Of a DNA stretch of 64,000 nucleotides, positions 45,501 through 56,267 are shown piece after piece (position 1 is the stretch's first letter; each line of letters begins with the position of its first letter). The notes beneath the pieces were generated by a model. It did no database searches, had not been told where the DNA came from, and saw only the letters and a program-made list of their open reading frames with translations. Position numbers and translations under genes: made by a program. The DNA is from Macrostomum lignano (Eukaryota), in assembly GCA_002269645.1 (NCBI GenBank), contig NIVC01001020.1:186001-250000 (forward strand). The letters are read 5' to 3'.

Positions 45501-45650
45501 TCTCGCGTTCTTGCCTTGCTGGCAGGACCGGAACTGCTCACTGTACTCCAGCGTGTCGGCCACATACGTAAAGCGTTCAGAAAGTCGTTGTTTAAACTCG
45601 CCAAAGTTCAGATTATCTGGCAGCTCCATCCTGCTGACGACTGCGGGATA
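42530..45650 (-). mobile_element. Decayed gypsy-related element retaining gag and integrase remnants; no PR/RT/RH or LTRs recognised
   Basis: Frameshifted gag (ADTLEYSEQFRSCQQG / ESVDDYCYRLISLADRAFP...DLVDQFTVGV) resembles the gag at 25433..26605, with a broken CYRCKQ..H....CP knuckle near 44720. The IN zinc-binding part YGSPYCGHMG...RERFWRPAL (43431..44045) and later IN/GPY-like pieces resemble 21496..23709 and 20292..21299. Confidence 0.8.
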
Positions 45651-47454
45651 CATGTAGGTACTGCACTAAACGCTATACGTACCTCCAACTAATTTATTAA
45701 AATTTAGCTAGGCGCCTAATTGAATTTTACCAATAGCGATGTATCATCATTAAAGTTTTTGTGAATTACATTGCAAAGAAATTCATCAGCTACATGTAAT
45801 TGTACCGGTAGTTATATTAACATGTATAATTGTCCATTAATAGGCCTACTGGCTCTTGCTCTGTCGGCCAAAAGCTTGTGAGCACGTCGGATGGGACTGT
45901 ATGCAGACGGCCCGTCGGAAAAAAGCCTAAAAATACAGCAAAAAGATAGACGCGCATGCATAGGACCTACCAGCGCCCGAGTTTAAAAGACGCATAAATA
46001 ATGAAGATTCGATCTATTTCACACGGCATTATATGATACAAAAATAGTTCATAAAACAAATCGTTAAACTTTTTATTTGGTTTAGGCCTTTAATAAAGCA
46101 AAATATTCAAAATTAAGCATTAAATATTACGATATGTATTGAATTGCTAACTTGAGCAGAAAGAATCTATGATATGCAAAAGATTTTTAAAATAATTTTC
46201 ATTTATCACGCACGGCGGCGCGGCCATCGCGCGCGCGGATCTGATGACTGACTGACTGCCTCTGAAAAAATTTCTCCTTGCATTTTGGTAGTTTTTCTTA
46301 CAATACAATATGTATGTACATGTACTTTGTACTTCTACAAAGGTTTTCTATCTTTGATAAGATCGATCAAAGACAGAAAATGACGTTTGTATTAATCTTA
46401 AAAAATGACTTGCAATGTACTATTTAGAGAAGCTGTAATTTGCACTTGCATCGTGCAGAGGTTCATTACACAAAAATCGTTTTTTATTGCTCTTTCCCTA
46501 AAGGTAAAGTCTCAAAGCTTTAGCTATATGATATTAGGAAAGTTGGCACAGTGTCTAGCTGTAACATTTTTAGGCCTATACTACTCTTTTACTATTTAGC
46601 AGCAAAGAACTTCAGAATCTTGAGCATATTTTAAATTTAGCTTTTGATACTTATTGATAAAAGCTATTGATAATTGATAATATTGAAATTAGCTAAATAT
46701 TTTAACTTTGTGATCTCAACTTATAGCAACCCAGGATCAAGATAAAGATAGAGATAATTTCTTAATAGACTTCTAAAATATATTGCCTCGAATAAAATAA
46801 TAAGTTGAATACCTGTTATTCGAATGCATCGAAGATGTTTATTTTCATTAAATATCATCTGCCTTTCATAGCTTCAATAAATTCTTACTTCTACTAAAAA
46901 TTCTTACTAAGTATTGTTTCTGATTTTGCATCATAGACCAAGTTCTATTGCAGCAGTGTAGATTTTTAAATTGCAACCAGTATCTGTGATTAAATTGCAA
47001 ATTATAACTTCTTTAAGTCAACCCATTTATTTAATAGTACCTAGCTTCAAATATAATATATAAAGCTCATTGGATGGTCCTAGTTTGTACATAAAAAAGT
47101 TATTGTACCTTATTGCTTATTTGTAAAACTTGTTTTGCAGTATTTATTTTTTTAATTATTGATATTAAGCTAAGAAATTTAATATTTTAGATAATGAAAA
47201 TTATAATCATTTACAAGTTTTTAGTTTCTAAACTATTTTATTTACAAGATGACAGATATTATAGAGTACATATATAATAATTAAGTTTAAATATAATAAT
47301 TACAAGGTAAAAGAGCAATGTTAAACAATATTAGGACTTTGTACTTTATTAAAACAACTATACTACGAGTAATAAACTTTAGAGGCACATTATAATGCAG
47401 TTGCTCGGTTTTAGAAGTTTTTTAACCTAATGTTAAAGAAGTATTTATAATAGT

Positions 47455-47979
47455 TTAGAATGGCTTTTGCTGTAGGTTCAGAGAGGCCTGGCTTCCGCTG
47501 CCACTGTAGGCTTTGTCCATTCGCTGCATGGCTGGATATTGCTGTTGCTGTTGTTGCTGCTGGCTCATAATGTAGGCAGCTGATGAGAACGGCTGCTGGC
47601 TTCTGTGCTGCATCGGTGGCGGCTGAGGTTGCTGCTGCTGCTGCTGGTAAATATAGGCCCCGGTGCCCATCTGGTGGGTGGCCACTGGCGCGTAGTCTCT
47701 GATGTCGCTTTCGTCGCCTTTGATATCTTTGCGCACCTCCAGGTAGATTCGGATCTGACAGCAGACTGGCACTGTGATGGTGACGGTCGCAATCAGCACG
47801 ATGATAACACCGAACACCATGAACAGGTCGTAGCGGCTGGAGTCGAAGCCGTACATTCGGCCGAAGCAGAGAATCCCAACGCCCAGAGTGAGAATGGCTA
47901 CTCCCACGAGCAGAACGCAAAACATCGTCCGGAATCGCTGGACCTGTTCCGGGGTGAACCCGCTGGTTGTGCTGAGCAT
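47455..47979 (-). CDS. Small two-transmembrane protein with a Gln/Pro-rich C-terminal tail, 174 aa
   Basis: Two hydrophobic stretches (FCVLLVGVAILTLGVGILCF; LFMVFGVIIVLIATVTITVPV), a juxtamembrane CC and poly-Q tracts. ATG start, TAG stop and an AATAAA-like signal downstream. Confidence 0.75.
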   Translation of the reverse strand: MLSTTSGFTPEQVQRFRTMFCVLLVGVAILTLGVGILCFGRMYGFDSSRYDLFMVFGVIIVLIATVTITVPVCCQIRIYLEVRKDIKGDESDIRDYAPVATHQMGTGAYIYQQQQQQPQPPPMQHRSQQPFSSAAYIMSQQQQQQQQYPAMQRMDKAYSGSGSQASLNLQQKPF

Positions 47980-48742
47980 TGCTAATAGCTGTGAATTGTT
48001 GCCTTGAAGATTGCAGAGCTGCTCTTCAGAGCCAGTTTTTTTCAGAGCGCTAGCAAGGTTTCCGCAGATTTGCGCTCAGCTAAGGACTAAATAAATTCTG
48101 CAGAGCCAGATAAGATAGTCAACGTGGGCTGAGACTGAAATATTGCCGAATCTTTCTGCGTTAAACAACTCGATCTCCCCTCTATTTGGGTTTGAGAGAT
48201 AAGCAGGGCACTGATACACAAATTGTGTATTAGTGTGCTTTGTCTTGCCGTTACTCAGCCTTGCATAGCTATAGCTTGGAGAGGTCTGAATTTTGCATGA
48301 CAACTGCGCTATTATATGATTGTCTTCAAGAATATAGAACTGCCTGTTTTCCTGTTGACATCATTGGCATGCACTTTTTCATCTGTAAAAACAACAGAGA
48401 AACTGCGGGCTCTGTTTATTTATTGCAAATAAACTTTCTAACAGGTTATTGGCACGAGAAATATGGCAACTCAAATTTAAGCTGTCAGTCAATTTCATTC
48501 GTGTGATGTTTAACCATAGACACTGCTAAATTGAAAGGCAAACAGCATTCTGTTGCCACAGACATCGTGATGACGTAAACTAATCAAACAGGTTTGGCCA
48601 TAGACTAATAAAAGCTTACTCAAAGCAAAGCAGAGTCATCAGATTCTAATTTTTAGATTAGATTTTTAGAAATCTTAACTATGTCCGTGAAAGCGAAGCG
48701 AATAACGTCACAGCCGTGCCCCGCAATTTCCAGCTAGGCACA

Positions 48743-51700
48743 ATGACCGGCCGTCAGAATCGCTACCGACCTTTGCCGCACCTTCCGCCAGTCATCGGCT
48801 TCGGCTCCTCGGACGCCTCCTCGTTTTCCTCCGGCCTGTCCGAGGAGTGTCGCCGAGTGCTGAGCTTCCTGCGCAGGCAGCGGCAGAGGAAGGCCGAAAT
48901 GCGGCGAGCCGTGGCGCAGTCTGGAAGGTCGGCGTACAGCGGGCCGCGCTGCGATCCCGTCATTCGACCAGTGAGCGTCCAGCCCGAGGTCGATGCTGGA
49001 GACGGCAGCAACAGCGCTGCTGCTTCTGGTGGAAGGAAACGGAAGATTTTCTACAGCAGAAATTTGCCCATTGATTGCGGTGTGTTGCTATAGTTTTGCA
49101 TTGCCTTGTATCATGACAAAGGGGCTCTGGCTTGGGAAACAGCGTCCTTGGATTAGTTAAGAGGGTTGGGGTTGGTAAAGAGCGGGTGGGGTTGGTAAAG
49201 AGTAGGTGGGGTTGGGAAAGAGTCGGTCGAGTTGGTAAAGAGTGGGTGGGGTTGGTAAACAGTTAGGTGGGGTTGGTAAGCAGTTAGGTGGGGTTGGTAA
49301 ACAGTTAGGTGGGGTTGGTAAGCAGTTCGGTGGGGTTGGTAAGCAGTTCGGTGGGGTTGGTAAAGAGTAGGTGGGGTTGGTAAGCAGTTCGGTGGGGTTG
49401 GTAAAGAGTAGGTGGGGTTGGTAAGCAGTTAGGTGGGGTTGGTAAAGAGTAGGTGGGGTTGGTAAGCAGTTAGGTGGGGTTGGTAAAGAGTAGGTGGGGT
49501 TGGTAAGCAGTTCGGTGGGGTTGTTCCTATCCTACATCCCACAATCCAAAACCCCACCTCAGGCCAGCCATCTGTCCAGTCGCAGCCGCCGAGGCCGCAC
49601 CCGCTGGGCCGGCTGTTCATCTTTAACCCCGGCCCGGACACATTCGACCGAGCCTGGAAGATCCGCCTTGTCGGCTTACCGTCCCCGCCGCCGCAGCCGC
49701 CTTCACCGCCTTCCAGCCCGTCCTCGGTGCCGCTCGCCGCCACTGAGGCGCACATCATTGACCGGGTGATTCGGCAACGAGAAGCTCCCGGATCTGCTTC
49801 TCCCAGCTCTCCCAAAGCCACGCCGCCGCCGCCGCCGCCAGCAGCAGCAGCCGAGAAGTCGCCAGCAGCTGCAGCTTCCAGCGCTGCGCCGCCGCTGATC
49901 GATCCAGCCGCGGCCCGGCTTGAGGACGCCGAAGACGGCGTCTCCCGCGACCTGCTGCTGCTCTGCTTGACCGCACCGCGGCAGCAGCCGGCGGCTAGCG
50001 AGGCGGACAGCGACCAGAGCCTCATCAGCGGCAGCGGCCAGCCGCCCCAGTACTCGGGCATATTCCTGTTCTACGGCAACGTGGCCAGCAAGACCGCGTC
50101 TCTGTCGCAGACGTACAGCCTGGCCGTGCTGTGCCAGGCGGACTTCCGGGCCTCCCTGACTCGCCTGCTGGTGTCCAGCCGGGTGTCCCGGGTCTGCTGC
50201 ACTCATCTCAAAGCGTTCTGCCATCTGGCCGCGGCGGCCGAGGATACCACCGACTCTGGCGAGTCTGGCGACCAGTTCCTGCAGCTGCTGAGCGGCCGGG
50301 TGCTGGACCTGCCGCTGGCGCACTTCCTGCTCGAGCCCGACAAGCCGCTGGACGATGTCCACTCGCTGCTGCTGCGCCACCTGCCCGGCCGGTTCGACCC
50401 GGCCGCGGTTGGCTCGCTGCCAGTGTGGGAACAGGTCTTTGTTCTGCGCTCTGTGTGACTTTTGTTTGGGCTGATTATGGCTGTGTGTACTTTTGTTTGG
50501 GCTGGTTATGACTGTGTGTACTTTTGACTGAACCGGTTATGGCTGTGTGTACTTTTGTTTGGGCTGGTTATGAATGTGTGTACTTTTGACTGAACCGGTT
50601 ATGACTGTGTGTACTTTTGACTGAACCGGTTATGACGGTGTGTACTTTTGACTGAACCGGTTATGACTGTGTGTACTTTTGACTGAACCGGCTATGACTG
50701 TGTGTACTTTTGACTGAACCGGTTATGACTGTGTGTACTTTTGACTGAACCGGCTATGACTGTGTGTACTTTTGACTGAACCGGTTATGACTGTGTGTAC
50801 TTTTGACTGAACCGGTTATGGCTGTGTGCACTCTTGTTTGGGCTGATTATGACTGTGTTTACTAATTAAATTAGTCTTAAGATTCGTCTTAAGCAGGCAT
50901 TTTTTGGCACCCCATGCGCTGCAGGCCTTTCTAATTGGTCGCCTGTGGTGGCGCCTGGAACGGCGGCTTCAGCAGGCCGGGATGCTCGACCTGTTCACCA
51001 AGCTCGAGTCCCCGCTGGTGCCGCTGATCTACCTGATGGAGCAGACCGGGGTGCGGGCTGACAAGGAGAAGCTGGCCGAGATTAAGCTGGATTTGGATAA
51101 GAAGCTGGACCAGCTCAAGAATAGCATCTATGAGGTGGGCTTGACAGTGCTCAAGGTGTTGAGTCTGATAGTGGGTGTTAATTATAAAGGAGTATGGCAG
51201 CTTTGATTTGCAGTTTATGCAGTATGAGCGTCAAGATCTCAAGTATGAGCGTCAAGTATGAGATGAGGACACACACAAGGTCAAATGGACACAAAAAAGG
51301 TCAGATGAGGACACGCAATGTCAGATGAGGACACACAAGGTCAGATGAGGACACGCAATGTCAGATGAGGACACGCAATGTCAGATGAGGACACGCAAGG
51401 TCAGATGAGGACACGCAAGGTCAGATGAGGACACACATAAGGTCAGATGAGGACACGCAAGGTCAGATGAGGACACACAAGGTTCAGATGAGGACACGCA
51501 AGGTCAGATGAGGACACGCAAGGTCAGATTAGGACACACATAAGGTCAGATGAGGACACGCAAGGTCAGATGAGGACACGCAAGGTCAGATTAGGACACA
51601 CATAAGGTCAGATTAGGACACGCAAGGTCAGATTAGGACACACATAAGGTCAGATGAGGACACGCAAGGTTCAGATGAGCATACGCAATGTCAGATGAGG

Positions 51701-53988
51701 ACACGCAAGGTCAAATGAGGACACGTAAAGTTTAGATGAGGACACCTGAATTCCAGATAAGGATATAATTGATTATGAAAGAGGACACCCAGAGTGTTTA
51801 CAGACACCAATTTCTTATAAGAACCTCTTGCACAAGGGTCGTAATCACAATGGAACATCTGCCACATCAACCTCTGCCCACCCGAAGGCCGCGGGTGAGA
51901 CGTTCTGCATCAACAGCCCGCTACAGCTGAAGAACCTGCTGTACTCGAAGCTCCGCCTGCACGAGCAACTGACAGCCGACGAACTGCAGAACAGCGGATT
52001 GACCAAAGCGGTGAAGGACCAGTCAACCAAGCAGGAGGTGCTCATGCTCATGGCGCCCAAGCACCCCCTGCCAGCTCAAGTTGTGGCCTACAGGCGGCTC
52101 CATCGCACCATCAGCGTCTGCTGCGTTGGATATCAGGTACATTGTAACTGGAATTCTGCGATTTTCGATACATATCGGTAATTGCCAATCGTATTTAAAT
52201 CGATTTCACTCACCTTGACTTGCACTGATGAAGGAGTTTGTCGAGACGGACGGCCGGATTCGGCCGGTGTGGGATCAGAGATCCGCGGTGACTGGCCGGC
52301 TGTACAGCTCGCTGCCGAACCTGCAGGGACTGCCCAGGTAACTGTGGCTTCTCTGTGCGCCATGTTGGCTAGATTAGCAATCCATGTTAAATAGATTAGC
52401 AATCCATGTTGGCTAGATTAGCAATCCATAATGACTAGATTAGCAATCCATAATGACTAGATTAGCAATCCACCATATTCCTGCCATCCCCGTCCAGGCA
52501 GTGCAGCGACCCCCTGGACAGCAGCCGCTACAGCGTCCGCGCCTGCTTCCAGGCGCCATCTGGGCGCAGCCTCCTCGCCATCGACTATCGACACGTGGAA
52601 CTGCGAATCTTCGCCCACCTGACCGGCGACGCCCGACTGAAGGCGGCCTTTGCAGCGGACACCGACGTGTTCGAGGACCTGGCGCGGGTCTGCTTGAACC
52701 GGCCGGAGCCGAAGCCTGGAGCTGCAGGTGACGGCGAAGGTGCCCAAGAAGGCTCGGCTGTCGCGGCAGTCACGGAGGCTGACCGTGACGTCACAAAGCG
52801 GCTCGTGTACGCCACCATGTACGGGGCCTGCCAGCAGAAGCTCACAGAGATCCTGTCCACTGCTGTCAGCATTGGCCAGGTGCGAGATGAGTGGCCGAGC
52901 GGGAGGGAAGGGTAGAGGGAGCGGAAAAAGAGCGGATGGATAGGGAGGGTGAGAAAGCGTATAGATGGGGGAAGAGCGGATAGATGGAAAGGGGGGAGAG
53001 CGGATAGATGGGGAGGAGAGAGAGCGGATAGATGGGGGGAGAGAGCGGATAGATGGGGAGGGGGAGAGAGCGGATAGATGGGAGGGGGAGAGAGCGGATA
53101 GATGGGGAGGGGAGAGAGCGGATAGATGGGAGGGGGAGAGAGCGGATAGATGGGGAGGGGGAGAGAGCGGATAGATGGGGAGGGGGAGAGAGCGGATAGA
53201 TGGGAGGAGAGAGCGGATAGATGGGGAGGGGAGAGAGCGGATGGATGGGAGGGGGAGAGAGCGGATAGATAGAGAGAGGAGAGAGCGGATAGATGGGAGG
53301 GGGAGAGAGCGGATAGATAGAGAGAGGAGAGAGCGGATGAATGGTACATGTAATTTCTCGAGCCGCAGTTGCACCGCAGCCCCACCGCTTCCCTCCCTCT
53401 CGCCAGGTGAAGCGGATGTACGAAGCCCTGCAGCGCAGCTGGCCGACCCCGTTTGAATATTTCCGCCGGGTCACCCGGCAGGCGGCCACCGACCGCACAG
53501 TCGCCACCCTGATGGGCCGGCGGCGCACCTTCGCGGATATCGACAGCCCCGTGCCGTCGGCGAGGGCGCGGGCCCAGCGCCAGGCTGTGAATTTCACAAT
53601 TCAGGTGGGGGCTTTGGCATCAAACTGGATGGCCTTTGCTCAATTTAATGGACAATTAATTCCCACTTTTATGTGGATATCTGCCTCGCCTGTCAGATTA
53701 CTCGTACAACCTCCGCTGAATCCCCGACCCCCGCAGGGCAGCGCGGCCGACCTGTGCAAGCTGGCGATGCTGAGCTGCTGGGAGGCCGCCAACGCCTCGC
53801 CAGAGCTGTGCGACGCCCGTCTGGTGCTGCACCTGCTTGACGAGCTGGTGTGGGAGGTGGCGGCCTCGCGGGCCGAGCTCGCAGCCGCAGAATTCGGCCG
53901 AGTGATGGAGGGCCTGGCGGAGCGGATCGGGCTGGCCGTGCCGCTCAGGGTGCGCACTCGCTGCGGCGCTGACCTGGCATTTAAATAA
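48743..53988 (+). CDS. POLN: DNA polymerase nu-like family A polymerase; join(48743..49079,49563..50434,50925..51134,51888..52136,52234..52337,52498..52879,53407..53604,53737..53988), about 867 aa
   Basis: Phase-compatible exons totalling 2604 nt. Motifs: VTGRLYSSLPNLQG, motif A AIDYRHVELRIFAHL, motif B DRDVTKRLVYATMYG (Tyr-type as in POLN), RQAVNFTIQGSAADLCKLAM (very close to vertebrate POLN) and motif C LHLLDEL. No helicase domain. The first two exon boundaries are less certain. Confidence 0.82.
49170..49520. repeat. 21-bp G-rich minisatellite (GTGGGGTTGGTAAGCAGTTAG) in POLN intron 1
   Basis: Visible tandem array. Confidence 0.92.
50455..50855. repeat. 31-bp minisatellite (TTATGACTGTGTGTACTTTTGACTGAACCGG) in POLN intron 2
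   Basis: Visible tandem array. Confidence 0.92.
51260..51750. repeat. About 20-bp minisatellite (GGTCAGATGAGGACACGCAA) in POLN intron 3
   Basis: Visible tandem array. Confidence 0.92.
52368..52472. repeat. 22-bp tandem repeat (TAGATTAGCAATCCATGTTGGC) x about 5 in POLN intron 5
   Basis: Visible short array. Confidence 0.85.
52930..53340. repeat. About 23-bp purine-rich minisatellite (GAGAGCGGATAGATGGGGAGGGG) in POLN intron 6
   Basis: Visible tandem array. Confidence 0.92.
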
Positions 53989-54664
53989 CTTTTTTCTGCG
54001 ACCATGTGCTAAGCATTCTACTGCTTCTGTGTAGCAGTAGTAGTGTGCAAAAATGCGAGTACTTTTTCTCGCCGAATTGATTAAAAAGTTTAAAAAATAC
54101 CGCAGATAAATCTGTTGATTCAAATGTAGAAGAAACAGTTCACTTTTTGAGCCGTTAAATGCTTTTGGTTTTCTGAAGTTTTTTGGCAATGTTTTTACTG
54201 TTGTTTTTTGTTTTTGCTTCATTGTCTCGGCATTTTATTTTCACTTGCCAATTTCCTACAGAATTTCCTACAGTCCAAATAAATTACGGCATTCACGAAA
54301 GCACGCGGAGATGGCCGGCTCGCAATTGAAATCGGCAGTTAAAAAGGCGACAGCGAAAGGCGCTCCTCGATCAATAAGTCGAACGCCTGTCTGCCTCTGC
54401 ATAAATAGCTGAATAATATTTGTATTTATTATTTTTTTACTTTTCATTTAGGAGAAAACGCACTCTTGTGATAAATAAAATACAAGCTGGGTGGCTTAAA
54501 ACCGTTACTACTTGCTAGAGTCACAACTGGTTTGTTATGGCAGGGAAAAAGAATAAGTAAGGGAAATACTCGTAGACGAAAGTGCAGAACTGACTACTCT
54601 TCCTGCTTTTATCAGCAGGTGCTGAAATATTTCTGCACATTTTGAAGTACGTCGCGGGGTTTGG

Positions 54665-55190
54665 GAGTCTTGTCGGGAACGAGTGTACATTGGGGTGAGT
54701 GGGGCTGGGCTGGTCGGGAGCGAGTGTACTTTGGGGCGAGTGGGGCTGGCTGGTCGGGAGCGAATGTACATTGGGGTGAGTGGGGCTGGGCTGGTCGGGA
54801 GCGAGTGTACATTGGGGTGAGTGGGGCTGGGCTGGTCGGGAGCGAGTGTACATTGGGGTGAGTGGGGCTGGGCGGATCGGGAGCGAATGTACATTGGGGT
54901 GAGTGGGGCTGGGCTGGTCGGGAGCGAATGTACATTGGGGTGAGTGGGGCTGGGCTGGTCGGGAGCGAGTGTACATTGGGGTGAGTGGGGCTGGGCGGAT
55001 CGGGAGCGAATGTACATTGGGGTGAGTGGGGCTGGGCTGGTCGGAAGCGAGTGTACTTTGGGGCGAGTGGGGCTGGCTGGTCGGGAGCGAATGTACATTG
55101 GGGTGAGTGGGGCTGGGCTGGTCGGGAGCGAGTGTACATTGGGGTGAGTGGGGCTGGGCGGATTGGGAGCGAGTGTACTTTGGGGTGGCT
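54665..55190. repeat. 41-bp G-rich minisatellite (GGGAGCGAGTGTACATTGGGGTGAGTGGGGCTGGGCTGGTC) between the 3' ends of POLN and CUL1
   Basis: About 12 copies, each with four runs of at least 3 G. Confidence 0.95.
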
Positions 55191-56267
55191 GCATTTCTTT
55201 TAAAAGCGACTGTACAAAGTAACGAAATAGAGAGCTTATGAGCTCGAGTAGTGCACATGTACTTTAGTACGATTAGAAAATAAGTAGACCCAAAAATATA
55301 ATCTTTAATGCCATAAAATGAAACATTTTCATTAAATTTCAAGGGCAATATTTGCTAACAGGGGACTGACAAGACTGACTTGCTCAGATATCAGTGTTGG
55401 ATACGGACAATAAATTCACATTTCTATCCGATAAAGAGGCTAAAAGACGAGCAAGCAGTTCTAGAGTAGTCAGTAGAACTGTGATCAATTTTTACAGATC
55501 AAACAAACACAAATAGTTGACCCAGTACGATAATAAATGTACCGCTACAAGAAAGATTCACAGTGTTTTTACATTCACAGTTTAGTTCGTCACAAACTAC
55601 TCATAGTAGATAATAAAGAGAAGCATACAATGCTGAATGAGCTTGGTGCAAAGGTGTTTATTCAAATTAAATAGACCAGCGCATGCACGCACAGATAAAT
55701 GGGTTTGATTCATTATACAGAGCAGGGTCCGCGCAGCTTCAATAGTTATATTCGACATATTTCATAGGCATACTACTATATCTAGTAGCATGAGTAGTAT
55801 TTATGCAAATTAGAGTTAGCCCAACTTCCTTAAGCTTTTATAGGGGTTAAATTTTTAACATAACGAAGAATGAAATAAATGAATGAAACTTTAGACAAGG
55901 GAAAATGACAGTAGAAAGCGAAAGCTGGTTTGGCGAATCAAATTTTAAACGAATCAGCCTCACTATTGCCTATTGGTGGTCGTTAAAAACACAACAACAG
56001 AAGAAGGGAGCTCGCACAATAGAAGAACACAGAAGAAAGTCGAGTTGGCAAACACAGGCGCTGGGATTGGGATATGCAGACATTAGAGCTGGGAAATCTA
56101 AGGTTAACAGGCTGGTTGCCAGGGAGAGGCAGCGGGAGACAGGCTTGGTTAGTTCGGTCACCTCTCCCGTCTGTCAATTTGCATTTAAACACACAAGGAA
56201 AAATGTATAATATTGTAATTAATTTGGGTCTGTAATTCTGGCCTGGTACCGCCGGGTCTCCGGGGCC

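Noticed and set aside
53605-53736. In-frame readable POLN intron 7 as coding sequence
   Set aside because: Retention would split the conserved VNFTIQ|GSAAD motif. It has good GT-AG signals, and a 132-nt stop-free stretch is plausible by chance.
48743-53988. Bacterial PolI acquired by horizontal transfer, or POLQ
   Set aside because: It has seven spliceosomal introns, no 5' nuclease or helicase domain, and POLN-type motif B and GSAADLCKLAM.
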